In this document: piece after piece, positions 48,242-58,016 of the stretch
Numbering within the stretch: position 1 is the first letter of the stretch
Layout: each line of letters begins with the position of its first letter
Assembly (NCBI GenBank): GCA_045595825.1
Contig: JAZOBD010000047.1
Span: forward strand, 1,772 to 65,771
Reading direction: 5' to 3'
DNA from: Acutalibacteraceae bacterium
GTDB lineage: Bacteria; Bacillota; Clostridia; Oscillospirales; Acutalibacteraceae
Length of the DNA: 64,000 nt
Made by a program: the position numbers and the translations under genes
Notes under the pieces: generated by a model
What the model saw: the letters and a program-made list of their open reading frames with translations, nothing else
Database searches by the model: none
Told to the model about the DNA's origin: nothing

Positions 48242-49354
48242 TTAAAACTTGTCAATAATCTTTCTTAGTTCGTCAATGATTTGTATCTGCTGCGGGCACT
48301 TGCTTTCGCACGCACCGCATTTTCTGCAAAGACCTGCGTTGTATTCAATATCGGGGAAAAGCTCTTTAACCTTGCGTCTGCCGCCTGTTGTGATGTTGTT
48401 GTATGCAGCAAAAACGTCGGGAATTTTTACACCTGCGGGGCAGGGAATGCAGTATTCGCAGTGGGTACAGGGTACAACGGTGAGTGTGTCAAACACCTCT
48501 TTTGCCGCGGTGTATTTGGCAAGGTCTGCTTCGGTGAGTGAGTTTTCTTTGCTTGCACTTGCGTAAGCAATGTTTTCATCAACCATCTGTAAGTTACCCA
48601 TGCCGCTGAGAACAAGCGAAACCTCGGGTCTGTTCCACAGAAAATCAAGCGCATTCTGAACGGGAGTTTTGCCCTCGGGAAGTTTTTCGGCAACAAGGTC
48701 AACGGGGGTTGCCAGCTTTCCGCCGAGCAGGGGCTCCATAATGATAACGCCAAGACCTTTTGCAGCGGCATATTCAAGACCCTCTGTGCCTGCCTGGTAG
48801 TCAACGTCTATGTAGTTATACTGAATCTGGCAGAATTCACAGCCGTCGAATTCGTCAACAATTGTTTTGAAAACTTCAAGGTCGTCGTGGAAAGAAAAGC
48901 CGATATGTCTTACTTTGCCCTCAGCCTTTGCTGTGTGCATTTTTTCGATGATTCCGTGTTCTTTTACCTTTTCCCATTTTTCTCTGTCGAGGGCGTGCAG
49001 AAGGTAAAAGTCAATATAGTCAGTCTGAAGCTTTGAAAGCTGTTCGTTTAAGAAGCGGTCAAAATCCTCGGGGCAATTCACATTCCACATCGGCAGTTTT
49101 GTTGCAAGGTAAACTTTATCACGGTAGCCGTCGAGCAAAGCCTTGCCGACAAGCACCTCGCTCATATGGTTGTGGTAGCCGTAGGCGGTGTCAAAATAAT
49201 TGATGCCGCTGTCAATTGCGTGGCGCAGCATTGCAATTGCCTGATTTTCATCAATGGCAGCAGCGTCGTCGGGATTTATAAGAGGCAGGCGCATTGTTCC
49301 GAAACCGAGTGCCGAAACTTTGCAACCCGTGTTTCCGATATTTCTGTATTGCAT
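48242..49354 (-). CDS. Aldo/keto reductase with C-terminal 4Fe-4S dicluster
   Basis: GFGTMRLP, YFDTAYGY, ATKLP; CTHCEYC.PCP and CRKCGACESKCP. Confidence 0.9.
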   Translation of the reverse strand: MQYRNIGNTGCKVSALGFGTMRLPLINPDDAAAIDENQAIAMLRHAIDSGINYFDTAYGYHNHMSEVLVGKALLDGYRDKVYLATKLPMWNVNCPEDFDRFLNEQLSKLQTDYIDFYLLHALDREKWEKVKEHGIIEKMHTAKAEGKVRHIGFSFHDDLEVFKTIVDEFDGCEFCQIQYNYIDVDYQAGTEGLEYAAAKGLGVIIMEPLLGGKLATPVDLVAEKLPEGKTPVQNALDFLWNRPEVSLVLSGMGNLQMVDENIAYASASKENSLTEADLAKYTAAKEVFDTLTVVPCTHCEYCIPCPAGVKIPDVFAAYNNITTGGRRKVKELFPDIEYNAGLCRKCGACESKCPQQIQIIDELRKIIDKF

Positions 49355-49472
49355 AATAACCTCCTGAAATATATTCATTATATTCTAACATATCTATACA
49401 ACATATGCAAGATTTTTGCAAACAAAAAAATGAGCCGTGCCTAAGCACAGCTCATCCGGTTTGCGGGAAAGA

Positions 49473-49688
49473 TTAAAGCTCTTTAACGATTTCGCAAAGG
49501 GCAGCCATCTCTTCCTGGCTGAGAGTTACACCCTTACCCATTTTTTCGTGTTCGGGAGCCCACTCGCGGATATCATACTTGGGGTCTCTGCCGTTCCAGC
49601 TGATAAGGTTGAGTTCTTTTGTCCAGCCCTTGGGGTTTTCGGAGAGGACACCGACCTGTTTGACTATCTCATAAGTAAATTCAGGCAT
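49473..49688 (-). CDS. YdbC/PC4-family ssDNA-binding protein
   Basis: GWTKELNLISWNGRDPKYDIREWAPEHEKMGKG. Confidence 0.88.
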   Translation of the reverse strand: MPEFTYEIVKQVGVLSENPKGWTKELNLISWNGRDPKYDIREWAPEHEKMGKGVTLSQEEMAALCEIVKEL

Positions 49689-49787
49689 GATATGTACTCC
49701 TTTCGTAATTATATCAATGCCATTATAATCCACTTATTTTTAAAAGTAAATACTTTTTTACAAATTTTTTAATAGATTTTAATAGAA

Positions 49788-50201
49788 TTAAGCATTTTTA
49801 TATAGTTTTGTCAGCATAATTGAGTGTATGATTTCGTCTGTCATCAGCTCAAAGAATAATTCTTTTACGAACATTTCACTGCTTGATATGTAAATGTCAC
49901 GGTATTTTTCAATCGCCTTTGTCTTTTTGTCAATCGCATCGCCCAGCGCCTGACAGATGCTTGTGAATATAACGTCCGACACGGGCGGCATCTTCGGCTC
50001 GCAGCGGAAAAGGCGGCAGAAAAGCTCGCGCATCAGAATAAAATGTTTTATTTCGTTATCTCTGATTTTTTCAACTGCATCCGCTGAATCTTGACTCAGA
50101 TTTTCTGTCAGCAGTTGCTGAAAGTATTCGACGTCATTCTGTTTTTCAATCAGTATTTGTGTCATCAGGTTTCGTGTGAGTCGGTTGCGGTTTTTATCCA
50201 T
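49788..50201 (-). CDS. Ferritin-like/rubrerythrin-like protein, possibly sporulation-related
   Basis: Paired E..H motifs (DEIKH, DEIIH); helical; ggaggtg RBS. Confidence 0.55.
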   Translation of the reverse strand: MDKNRNRLTRNLMTQILIEKQNDVEYFQQLLTENLSQDSADAVEKIRDNEIKHFILMRELFCRLFRCEPKMPPVSDVIFTSICQALGDAIDKKTKAIEKYRDIYISSSEMFVKELFFELMTDEIIHSIMLTKLYKNA

Positions 50202-50223
50202 TGTGTAAAACACCTCCGCTAAT

Positions 50224-50286
50224 ATAATATGAGCCCCGACGGCATTGTTTACACTGTCATAAACGGGACAGGGTGTGAATATAAAT
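50224..50286. promoter_or_regulatory. Candidate divergent mother-cell (SigE/SigK-like) promoters
   Basis: Plus: tcataaa-14 nt-aatataaat; minus: catattat -10-like element. Confidence 0.35.
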
Positions 50287-50317
50287 AGGCTGAAGAATTT
50301 TTAAGGGGAGAAAAACT

Positions 50318-51853
50318 ATGAATTTCAATATGCAAAGCAAAAAAACGGGTTGTGCGGTGAAGGCACTTGAAACGGCGGCGCAGTATGCGGTTGACTTTGA
50401 AATAACACTGCCTGATTACTGTCCCGAAATCCAGCGTGTTTTAAAGTGCATTGTTGAGCCGAATGTCATCTCAACTCAGGTTTCCGACAGCAGCGTTACT
50501 GTCGGCATCACATCTGTTGCCCGTGTGATTTTTGTCGGCGATAACGGCAGGCTCTGCTGCTATGAGCACACTGTAAACGGCGACAAACGCGTTGACACAA
50601 ACGGTGTGTCGGTTGCCGCCGAAAGCACCCGTGTTTCGGCCGTTACTGATTACGTGAACTGCCGTGCGGTAAGTCCCCGCAGGGTTGACGTGCACGCAAT
50701 GATCAATGTCGGAGTCACCTCAACAAAGCTTGTTAACGACGAATTACTCTGCTCTGCCGACGGTGCAGGTGTTCAGGTCAATACACGCGAGCGTGAGATT
50801 TTCAGTTGCACCGGCTGCACGGAAAAGACTTTTCCTCTCAGTGAGGTTGCCGAAATCAAAGACAGCCTGCCGGCAGTTTTTCAGATTCTCGGTTGTAACG
50901 CCGTTGCGGTAATCGCTGACAAAAAAGTCATCAGCAACAAATTACTTATAAAGGGCGATCTGAAAGTGAAAATTCATTATATCGGCGAAGACAGCAGTGC
51001 GCCCGACTGCTTTGACCACACAATGCCGATAAGTCAGATTATTGAGCTTGACGGCGTTTCTGAGGATTGCATATGCGCACTCGGTGCCGACGTCATTTCC
51101 GTGATTGCAACACCGAAAGCGGATACCTCGGGAAAAATGCGCCTTGTCGATATCAACGCAAGGGTGAACGTCGCTGTGACTGCGGGAATATCAATGCCGC
51201 TGACCCTCATAGGCGATGCGTATTCGACTGAATATGAAATCACCGCAGACCGCAGCAATGCAGAGCTTTTCGGACTTGTTGATACACTTGATGAAACGTT
51301 CACCGCAAAAACAACGCTTGAATCGCCCGACGGCGAGGTTAAAAGTGTTGTTGCCGTGTGGTGCAACTCTCCGTCGGCAACGCCTGCCGCAACCGCAGAG
51401 GGTATTCTTTTCTCGGGCACATACAAGGCAAACGTTCTTTATAAAAATGCCTCCGATGAATACGCAATGATTTCGGTACCCGTGAATTTTGAACATAAAA
51501 TGCGGCTTGCGGATGCTCCGACAGTTGTCAGGTCGAATGTCACACTCTGTGTGCTTGAAAGTGCGTGCGCCGTCACCGCTGACGGCAAGCTTGACCTGCG
51601 CACCGAAATTTCCGCAAGGGGACTTGTGCTTTCCGCCGCCAACGAAAACTATGTAAGCAATATTGTTGTTGACTCGGACTGTCCCAAGAAAAACGATACT
51701 GCCGCACTGACGGTTTATTTCTGTGACAGCGGTGAAAAGGTCTGGAATATCGCCAAACGCTACAACACAACGCCCGAAGCGATTATGAAAGAAAACTCAC
51801 TTGACGGCGGCACGGTCAGTGAAAAAAGAATGTTAATGATTCCTTGCGTGTAA
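50318..51853 (+). CDS. SPOCS (DUF3794) repeat plus LysM spore coat morphogenetic protein (SipL-like)
   Basis: LPDYCPEI...ILK start of SPOCS repeats; C-terminal LysM GEKVWNIAKRYNTT...N.L. Confidence 0.85.
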   Translation: MNFNMQSKKTGCAVKALETAAQYAVDFEITLPDYCPEIQRVLKCIVEPNVISTQVSDSSVTVGITSVARVIFVGDNGRLCCYEHTVNGDKRVDTNGVSVAAESTRVSAVTDYVNCRAVSPRRVDVHAMINVGVTSTKLVNDELLCSADGAGVQVNTREREIFSCTGCTEKTFPLSEVAEIKDSLPAVFQILGCNAVAVIADKKVISNKLLIKGDLKVKIHYIGEDSSAPDCFDHTMPISQIIELDGVSEDCICALGADVISVIATPKADTSGKMRLVDINARVNVAVTAGISMPLTLIGDAYSTEYEITADRSNAELFGLVDTLDETFTAKTTLESPDGEVKSVVAVWCNSPSATPAATAEGILFSGTYKANVLYKNASDEYAMISVPVNFEHKMRLADAPTVVRSNVTLCVLESACAVTADGKLDLRTEISARGLVLSAANENYVSNIVVDSDCPKKNDTAALTVYFCDSGEKVWNIAKRYNTTPEAIMKENSLDGGTVSEKRMLMIPCV

Positions 51854-51934
51854 TAATTTTATTTTGCTCTTGCATTTATCAGCATTGGTGTTGTAAAATA
51901 ATAAGGCAGTTTTTTATTGAAAAGGATTTTTATT

Positions 51935-52852
51935 ATGATTTACGACGTGATTATTATCGGCGGCGGTCCTGCGGGCTATTCGGCGGCGCTTTATTGCGGC
52001 AGGGCTCAGCTTAATACACTGCTGATTGAAAAATTAATGCCCGGCGGCCAGATGGGCACAACCGAGCAGATTGACAATTATCCCGGCTTTAACGAGGGCA
52101 TCGGCGGTGTCGAGCTTGCAATGAATATGCAGGCAGGTGCCGAGCGCTTCGGTGCAAAAACCGAATATGCCGAGGTTACGGGAGTAGAGCTTTCGGGGGA
52201 TATTAAAAAGGTTAAGACCGATTCTGATGTTTTTGAGTGCCGTGCGGTTATTCTTGCAACGGGTGCTTATCCCAGAAAACTCGGCCTTGATAATGAGGAT
52301 TCACTGCGCGGCAGGGGAGTTTCTTACTGTGCAACCTGCGACGCAATGTTCTTTAAAGACAAAACAGTTGCAGTTGTCGGCGGCGGCGACACAGCGGCAG
52401 CAGATGCCCTTGTGCTTTCAAAGGTCTGCAAAAAGGTTTATCTCATTCATCGCCGTGACACTCTGCGTGCAAACAAGTCTTACTCTGCACCGCTTGAAAA
52501 ATGCGGCAACGTCGAGTTTGTCTGGAATTCAAACGTAACCGCACTTTCGGGCAAAACCAGGCTTGAATCGATTGATGTTACGGACAATGACGGCAAAACA
52601 ACAACACTTGACTGTGACGGCGTTTTTGTTGCCATCGGTTATCTGCCCGATACAAAGCTTGTTTACGGCCACGTAAAGCTTGATGCTCAGGGCTATGTTG
52701 ATGCAGGCGAAGACACAAAAACAAGTGAGACAGGCGTTTTTGCCGCAGGCGATTTGCGTGCAAAGCCCTTGCGTCAGGTTGTAACGGCGGCGTGCGACGG
52801 TGCCGTTGCGGCGACAATGGCTCTTGATTACCTTATGACAAAAGAAAACTGA
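51935..52852 (+). CDS. trxB: Thioredoxin-disulfide reductase
   Basis: GGGPAG, CATCD, GGGDTA and FAAGD. Confidence 0.95.
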   Translation: MIYDVIIIGGGPAGYSAALYCGRAQLNTLLIEKLMPGGQMGTTEQIDNYPGFNEGIGGVELAMNMQAGAERFGAKTEYAEVTGVELSGDIKKVKTDSDVFECRAVILATGAYPRKLGLDNEDSLRGRGVSYCATCDAMFFKDKTVAVVGGGDTAAADALVLSKVCKKVYLIHRRDTLRANKSYSAPLEKCGNVEFVWNSNVTALSGKTRLESIDVTDNDGKTTTLDCDGVFVAIGYLPDTKLVYGHVKLDAQGYVDAGEDTKTSETGVFAAGDLRAKPLRQVVTAACDGAVAATMALDYLMTKEN

Positions 52853-52864
52853 TTAAAAAATGAA

Positions 52865-52900
52865 ACGGACGGTCTGATGTCAGACCGTCCGTCGTTTTTA
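52865..52900. terminator. Bidirectional intrinsic terminator
   Basis: acggacggtctga-tg-tcagaccgtccgt. Confidence 0.85.
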
Positions 52901-54247
52901 TTATTCCGCTTTGATTTTTTTGAGTGCTGTTTTCAAGAAATATGCCGACAGAATCAGCGACATTGTTTCTGCAATCGGGAATGCAAGCCAGATGTAGTTT
53001 ACGTTGCCGAGCCTTGACAGGAGGAATGCGGCGGGAATGAGTACGACAAGCTGTCTGCCGATTGAAACAAAAAGGCTGTACATACTCTTGCCGAGTGCCT
53101 GACACACGGAGCCCGCAACAATGCAGAAGCCTGCGAAAAGGTAGCTTAAACTGATTGTGCGCAGGGCGACTCTGCCGATTTCTTTCATTTCCGCCGATGC
53201 ATTGAAAATAGAAAGCAGTCGGTCGGGGAAAATCTGGAAAACAAGCAGTGCGATAAGCATAATTGACACTGCGTAAATAATGCTGAGTTTGAGTGTTTTA
53301 TGAATACGGTCAAACTTACGTGCGCCGTAGTTGTAAGCAATAATCGGTACCATGCCGTTGTTAAGACCGAAAACAGGCATAAATGCGAAGCTCTGAAGCT
53401 TGAAGTAAACGCCGAAAACGGCAACGGCTGTTGAGGTGTAGGCAATGAGCAGAAGATTCATGCAATATGTCATTACCGAGCCGATGGCGGCAAGCAGAAT
53501 TGACGGCGTACCGATATACATGATTCTGCCGAAAATTGAAATGTGCGTTTTGAAGAAATAGCTGATTTTGATTTTCAGCTCTTTATTGAGCGTGAAATGC
53601 AGAATGATTGCGGTGATGCCTGCAACAGTCTGACCGATGACCGTTGCAACCGCCGCACCCTCAACACCCATTGCAGGTGCGCCGTATTTGCCGAAAATAA
53701 AAACGGGGTCAAGAATTATGTTTGTGATTGCACCGACACTCTGTGCAATCATTGAAAGCTTTGTTTTGCCGGTTGAAAGAAGCATTCTTTCAAATGAAAT
53801 CTGTGTGAAAACACCGAAAGACAAGCAGCAACAGATTTTAAGATAGTCGGAACCCATTTCAACAATTTCGGGCACATCTGTTTGCGAATTCATAAATGCA
53901 GTTGTGCCGAAAAGACCGAGCACAAAGAAGAGAACGGCGGCAATGTAGCTGAGCATAAGACCGTGTGCGGCGGTCTGACCTGCTTTTTTGCCGTCTTTTT
54001 CGCCCAGAGCCTTTGAGATGAGAGCATTCATACCTACGCCTATGCCGACACCTGCGGCAATCAGAAGATTCTGTACGGGGAAGGCGAGTGAAACGGCAGT
54101 GAGTGCGTTTTCGCTGAGCTTTGCAACGTAATAGCTGTCAACAACGTTGTAAAAAGCCTGAACCAGCATTGAAACTATCATCGGCACAGACATGTTTATG
54201 AGCAATTTGTTTACGGGCATAACGCCCATTTTGTTTTCCTGATTCAA
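52901..54247 (-). CDS. MATE family efflux transporter
   Basis: YNVVDS, LAFP, NIILDP.FI, GVEGAAVAT and two-fold TM repeat; TTG start by RBS spacing. Confidence 0.92.
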   Translation of the reverse strand: MNQENKMGVMPVNKLLINMSVPMIVSMLVQAFYNVVDSYYVAKLSENALTAVSLAFPVQNLLIAAGVGIGVGMNALISKALGEKDGKKAGQTAAHGLMLSYIAAVLFFVLGLFGTTAFMNSQTDVPEIVEMGSDYLKICCCLSFGVFTQISFERMLLSTGKTKLSMIAQSVGAITNIILDPVFIFGKYGAPAMGVEGAAVATVIGQTVAGITAIILHFTLNKELKIKISYFFKTHISIFGRIMYIGTPSILLAAIGSVMTYCMNLLLIAYTSTAVAVFGVYFKLQSFAFMPVFGLNNGMVPIIAYNYGARKFDRIHKTLKLSIIYAVSIMLIALLVFQIFPDRLLSIFNASAEMKEIGRVALRTISLSYLFAGFCIVAGSVCQALGKSMYSLFVSIGRQLVVLIPAAFLLSRLGNVNYIWLAFPIAETMSLILSAYFLKTALKKIKAE

Positions 54248-54372
54248 AAGAAAAACCTCCAAAATATATTACCTTAAAATGATAATATTTTTTGAAGGCT
54301 TCTGTCAATATGATTTTATAATGATATTTGTGTCGTATTTTTTATGTTTTTGTGCTTTTTGCTTGATGTGGT

Positions 54373-56070
54373 TTATCCGCTGACTTTACCGCCCCATTCG
54401 ACAACGGTGAAGCCGCTTCTTGTGTGGGGCATAAGTTCCTGCTCTTTTACCTCAACCGGAGCTTCAAGAGGGGTATAAACCATAAATATTCTTATAATCG
54501 TGTCAGGTGTCGGCTCAATGTCAAGCTTTGCTTTTTCCGTGTATTCTTCCTCTGCAAAGGTGATTAAATTGTAATTGTTCTTTGCCAGCACGGGTACCCA
54601 GAATTCCATAAAATCCGCTCTCTCTTTTGCATTTAATCCCATGTGAGTCAGCTTTTCTTCAAGGAATTCTTTTGTGTCGATTCCCTTAACGCAGAAGCCC
54701 TCGTTCGGGTCGGTCTTTACATCAAGCTCCGCTTCCCAGAAAAGATATTCATAAATTGTAAGGTCGCTGTTGACAATTGTGCCGTCAGGAAATGCCGTGA
54801 CATGCCAACCGTCATTGTATAAAGGCTCGCTTACGGTGAGCTTTCCGTCAAGGTTGAGCTTTACGCTGACATTTGTTTTTTCTTCGGGATAAAGATAAAT
54901 TACCGGTTTGTAGGCGACCATCGGATCGGGTTCAAAATTGCTTTGAGCAACTGAATAAGCGGTTACGGTCTGCTTGTTGTCGCCTGTGTTTTTTATTGAC
55001 TCGGATTTATATTTGACATCAACAAAATCGCCGACTTTGAAGTTTTCCGACAGGTCAAAAATAATTGTGTATTCAAGAGGGGAGGGCCAAGGGTGAGTGC
55101 CCTTGAAATAGCCGTTGCCGATTTCCGTAATTTCAACCGTCAGCATATCGCTGTCTGCAAAGTTACTGCTTTGCAGCGGCTCAGAGCAGATAACGGCATC
55201 ATCAACATTCATTACTGCCGTTTCATAATCACCCGCGGGGATTGTCACGATAATTGTCCACATTGCAATGTCGCAGGTGCCGACCTCGGGCACGATTCTT
55301 GCAACATCAACATTGATTTCTTTTCCGTTTAACCACACGCTTTCAATGTAATGGCTGTTACTGCCGCTCGGCTCGTAAAGATTGACAAAAACAAGGGCGT
55401 TTTTCTTGAAAAAGCTTTCGTCACAGTGCGAAACATAATCTTTCACACCCTTTCCGCCGTCGGCGGCTTTGAGCGAAAATCCGCAGATGTGGTCGTCAAA
55501 ATGTGCGTTAAGCTCCGCAGCGCTCTGAACAATCTGACAGCTGTTTTCCCATATTCCGTCACAGTCTTCAATGGCAACGCGCACCGTGTCAGAAGAAAAT
55601 TTGAGTGTTTTTATCGGTGAATTTGTTGTTGACACGGTACTTGTGGTGTTTGTGGTGCTTGAGATATTTTCCTTTTCCGTGTTGCGTGCACGGTAAAGGG
55701 TGAATGTGCCGTCAGTTCCTTTTACCGCAACGCATTCGCTCTGATTCTTTACGGAATAAATCTCTGTGCCGACGGGCAGAAAGCTTGCGCTGAAATCCTG
55801 TGATACATAGTTTTCGTATTCGCTTTCTTTCATTTCGGACGGCACTTGCACGGCTACCGTGCCGAGCAGGTCACCGATTAAATCTTCACTGATGTCGGCA
55901 TCTTCGACGTTGTTGTTGTACTCGTAGCTCACACCGTCAACCTTTACAAAATCAACCCATTCAACCATCATAATTGAGTCGGTAAACGGCAGGTCGATGC
56001 CTTTGCTGCAACCTGAAAAGGCACACAGTGCAAAAACAAGGGCAAGCGCGGCACATAATAATCTTTTCAT
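54373..56070 (-). CDS. Multi-domain lipoprotein with PrcB-like and C-terminal KPVIYLYP domains
   Basis: Lipobox AFSGC; YEPSGSNSH...GTCDIAMW segment; YKPVIYLYP...YLFWE...VVEWGG. Confidence 0.7.
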   Translation of the reverse strand: MKRLLCAALALVFALCAFSGCSKGIDLPFTDSIMMVEWVDFVKVDGVSYEYNNNVEDADISEDLIGDLLGTVAVQVPSEMKESEYENYVSQDFSASFLPVGTEIYSVKNQSECVAVKGTDGTFTLYRARNTEKENISSTTNTTSTVSTTNSPIKTLKFSSDTVRVAIEDCDGIWENSCQIVQSAAELNAHFDDHICGFSLKAADGGKGVKDYVSHCDESFFKKNALVFVNLYEPSGSNSHYIESVWLNGKEINVDVARIVPEVGTCDIAMWTIIVTIPAGDYETAVMNVDDAVICSEPLQSSNFADSDMLTVEITEIGNGYFKGTHPWPSPLEYTIIFDLSENFKVGDFVDVKYKSESIKNTGDNKQTVTAYSVAQSNFEPDPMVAYKPVIYLYPEEKTNVSVKLNLDGKLTVSEPLYNDGWHVTAFPDGTIVNSDLTIYEYLFWEAELDVKTDPNEGFCVKGIDTKEFLEEKLTHMGLNAKERADFMEFWVPVLAKNNYNLITFAEEEYTEKAKLDIEPTPDTIIRIFMVYTPLEAPVEVKEQELMPHTRSGFTVVEWGGKVSG

Positions 56071-56072
56071 TT

Positions 56073-57320
56073 TTATCCCTCCATGGTTGTAACAACACCG
56101 ATGAATATCGGCAGACGGTTTTCTGTGTCAATAATTGCACATACAAAGGGTCGGTTGAGAATTACCTCTTTCGCGACAACCTCTGCGGATTTTTCGTCGA
56201 CACCGACAAGGGTGATTGCGCCTGCCTTGGTGCCGTGCTCGTCAACGCAGATGTAGGTTTTGTGAATAACGGTGCTTATAAAGCAATCGTTTTTCGCCAT
56301 TTTTGAAAAATCAGCACTTTCTGCATCGAATGCGCTGACCATGCCCATTTCCTTTAATGTGTCAGTCAGCTCAATGTCAAAGTCAAACTCAAATTTTGGC
56401 ATTGCCGTGTAAACAGTTTCGTTGCTGCCGTTATCAAGAATATTAATCAACTTTTCTCCGCTGAGGTTTTCAACAAAATCGTAAATACTCACATCCTCAT
56501 CGGGCAAAAGTGCGGCAAAGGCGTAGTCACCGCCCTTGTAGTATTTCATGAAGCCCTTTGCGCCGTCGCAGCTTAAATAAACCTGCTCGTCTGAATGAAG
56601 AAAATCAACGTTCTGTCTTCTGCTTTTTACGTCTGTGAATACGTGGTTAAAAACATCGCTCTTTTCATAAGTTTTTTCCCATTCGCCGTCAAAAGCAAGA
56701 CAGTTTATGAGGTAAATTATTGTGTTGGGGTTTATTGAGTCGATTATTTTGTCAATCATTCCGTCGGTGCCGTTGTCAACCCATTTGTTGATTCTTTTTA
56801 CCGTCGAGTCATCAAACGGCTCTTTGTAAGCCGCCGCACCGTAGTAATCGGCATTGGTCTGCAAAAAATCAGGATTTACCTTTGCAAAATCCTGCCTGAA
56901 CCAGATTGAATTTGCAATTGAAAATTTTACCTTTTCACTGCTCGGCAGAGAATTCTGATAAGTGTAAAGATATTCGTTCAGTGCATTGATTTCAACACCG
57001 CCCAGGGCGTTTTCCATTTCGGCAAGTGTCTGAGTGTTGGCACCGTTTGCGGTCATTGCAAGCGCAAGCATTACGGAAAGGGGAGAAACCAGTGTGCACT
57101 TTTCCCGGGAAACGCTTTCTTTTAAAAGATTTGCGGTAAAGGTGCAGTAGGCTGTTCTGAATAAGTTGTCGGGTGCTTTTTCTTTTACGCTTTGCGCAGT
57201 TATGTTTTCCATCAGGTCAGCTGCCTGCGCTTTCGGCAAAACGGCGGTGCAGGCGGATAAATTAAAGATAAGGGATAAAACAAGGATTAAACAGACAACA
57301 GAAAGTAAAAGCCTCTTCAT
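56073..57320 (-). CDS. Serpin-family lipoprotein
   Basis: Lipobox NLSAC; SPLSV, INKWV, NCLAFDGEW, MPKF, VDEHGTKAGAIT hinge and NRPF. Confidence 0.92.
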   Translation of the reverse strand: MKRLLLSVVCLILVLSLIFNLSACTAVLPKAQAADLMENITAQSVKEKAPDNLFRTAYCTFTANLLKESVSREKCTLVSPLSVMLALAMTANGANTQTLAEMENALGGVEINALNEYLYTYQNSLPSSEKVKFSIANSIWFRQDFAKVNPDFLQTNADYYGAAAYKEPFDDSTVKRINKWVDNGTDGMIDKIIDSINPNTIIYLINCLAFDGEWEKTYEKSDVFNHVFTDVKSRRQNVDFLHSDEQVYLSCDGAKGFMKYYKGGDYAFAALLPDEDVSIYDFVENLSGEKLINILDNGSNETVYTAMPKFEFDFDIELTDTLKEMGMVSAFDAESADFSKMAKNDCFISTVIHKTYICVDEHGTKAGAITLVGVDEKSAEVVAKEVILNRPFVCAIIDTENRLPIFIGVVTTMEG

Positions 57321-57332
57321 TTTGTTCACTCC

Positions 57333-58016
57333 TTAAACCAGTATTAAATTTTTGATTGTTTCGTTGTTTTCGGGGCCGATGCCGTACCATTCGTTGCCGA
57401 AACACACGGCACCGTCAGTCCAGTAATAAACGTTGCCGGTCTTTGTGACGGTGATGATGTAATAATCGTCGGGTGCCTGAAAATCGAGCATAATTTTCTC
57501 CTCGGGATCAAGTGCCGACATCAGCTTTTCATAATCGGTGTAAATTTCTTTTATGAAATCGGGGTCGCCGTTTCGCGTTACAGTTGCAACTGATTTTGCC
57601 GTGCTTTCGGAAACTGCGCTTGTCTGTGCCCTGAAGGTGGTTGCGGGTGTATTGACGGTTGTTGCGGGGCTTGAATCGTAAGAATCACTGCCTGCCGCCG
57701 CAAAGCCGTCAATGTCTTTAAGATGTTCGTAGTCATTCAGCGCACTGTTGTTGTATGCAAAGTCCTCATCCTGTGCACCGATTGCTGTTGAAGCATCCGT
57801 TGCGGTTTGCTGAATTTCGATTGATTCATTTTCGGGGGCGGCCATGTCAGCTGATTTCATGCCGAAAAAGCCCGACGAAAATGCGGATATGCCGACAACA
57901 ATTACCGCGCACAGCGGCACAAGCGTTGCGAAAGCGGTGATTTGCTTTTTGCGCTGTTTTGCGGCATTGTCACGCTTTTTGTAAATGCTTTCAAGATATT
58001 CATCTCTGCTTTTCAT
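57333..58016 (-). CDS. Probable anti-sigma factor (single TM)
   Basis: Short basic N-terminus, one TM helix, low-complexity extracellular part; overlaps the ECF sigma stop. Confidence 0.65.
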   Translation of the reverse strand: MKSRDEYLESIYKKRDNAAKQRKKQITAFATLVPLCAVIVVGISAFSSGFFGMKSADMAAPENESIEIQQTATDASTAIGAQDEDFAYNNSALNDYEHLKDIDGFAAAGSDSYDSSPATTVNTPATTFRAQTSAVSESTAKSVATVTRNGDPDFIKEIYTDYEKLMSALDPEEKIMLDFQAPDDYYIITVTKTGNVYYWTDGAVCFGNEWYGIGPENNETIKNLILV

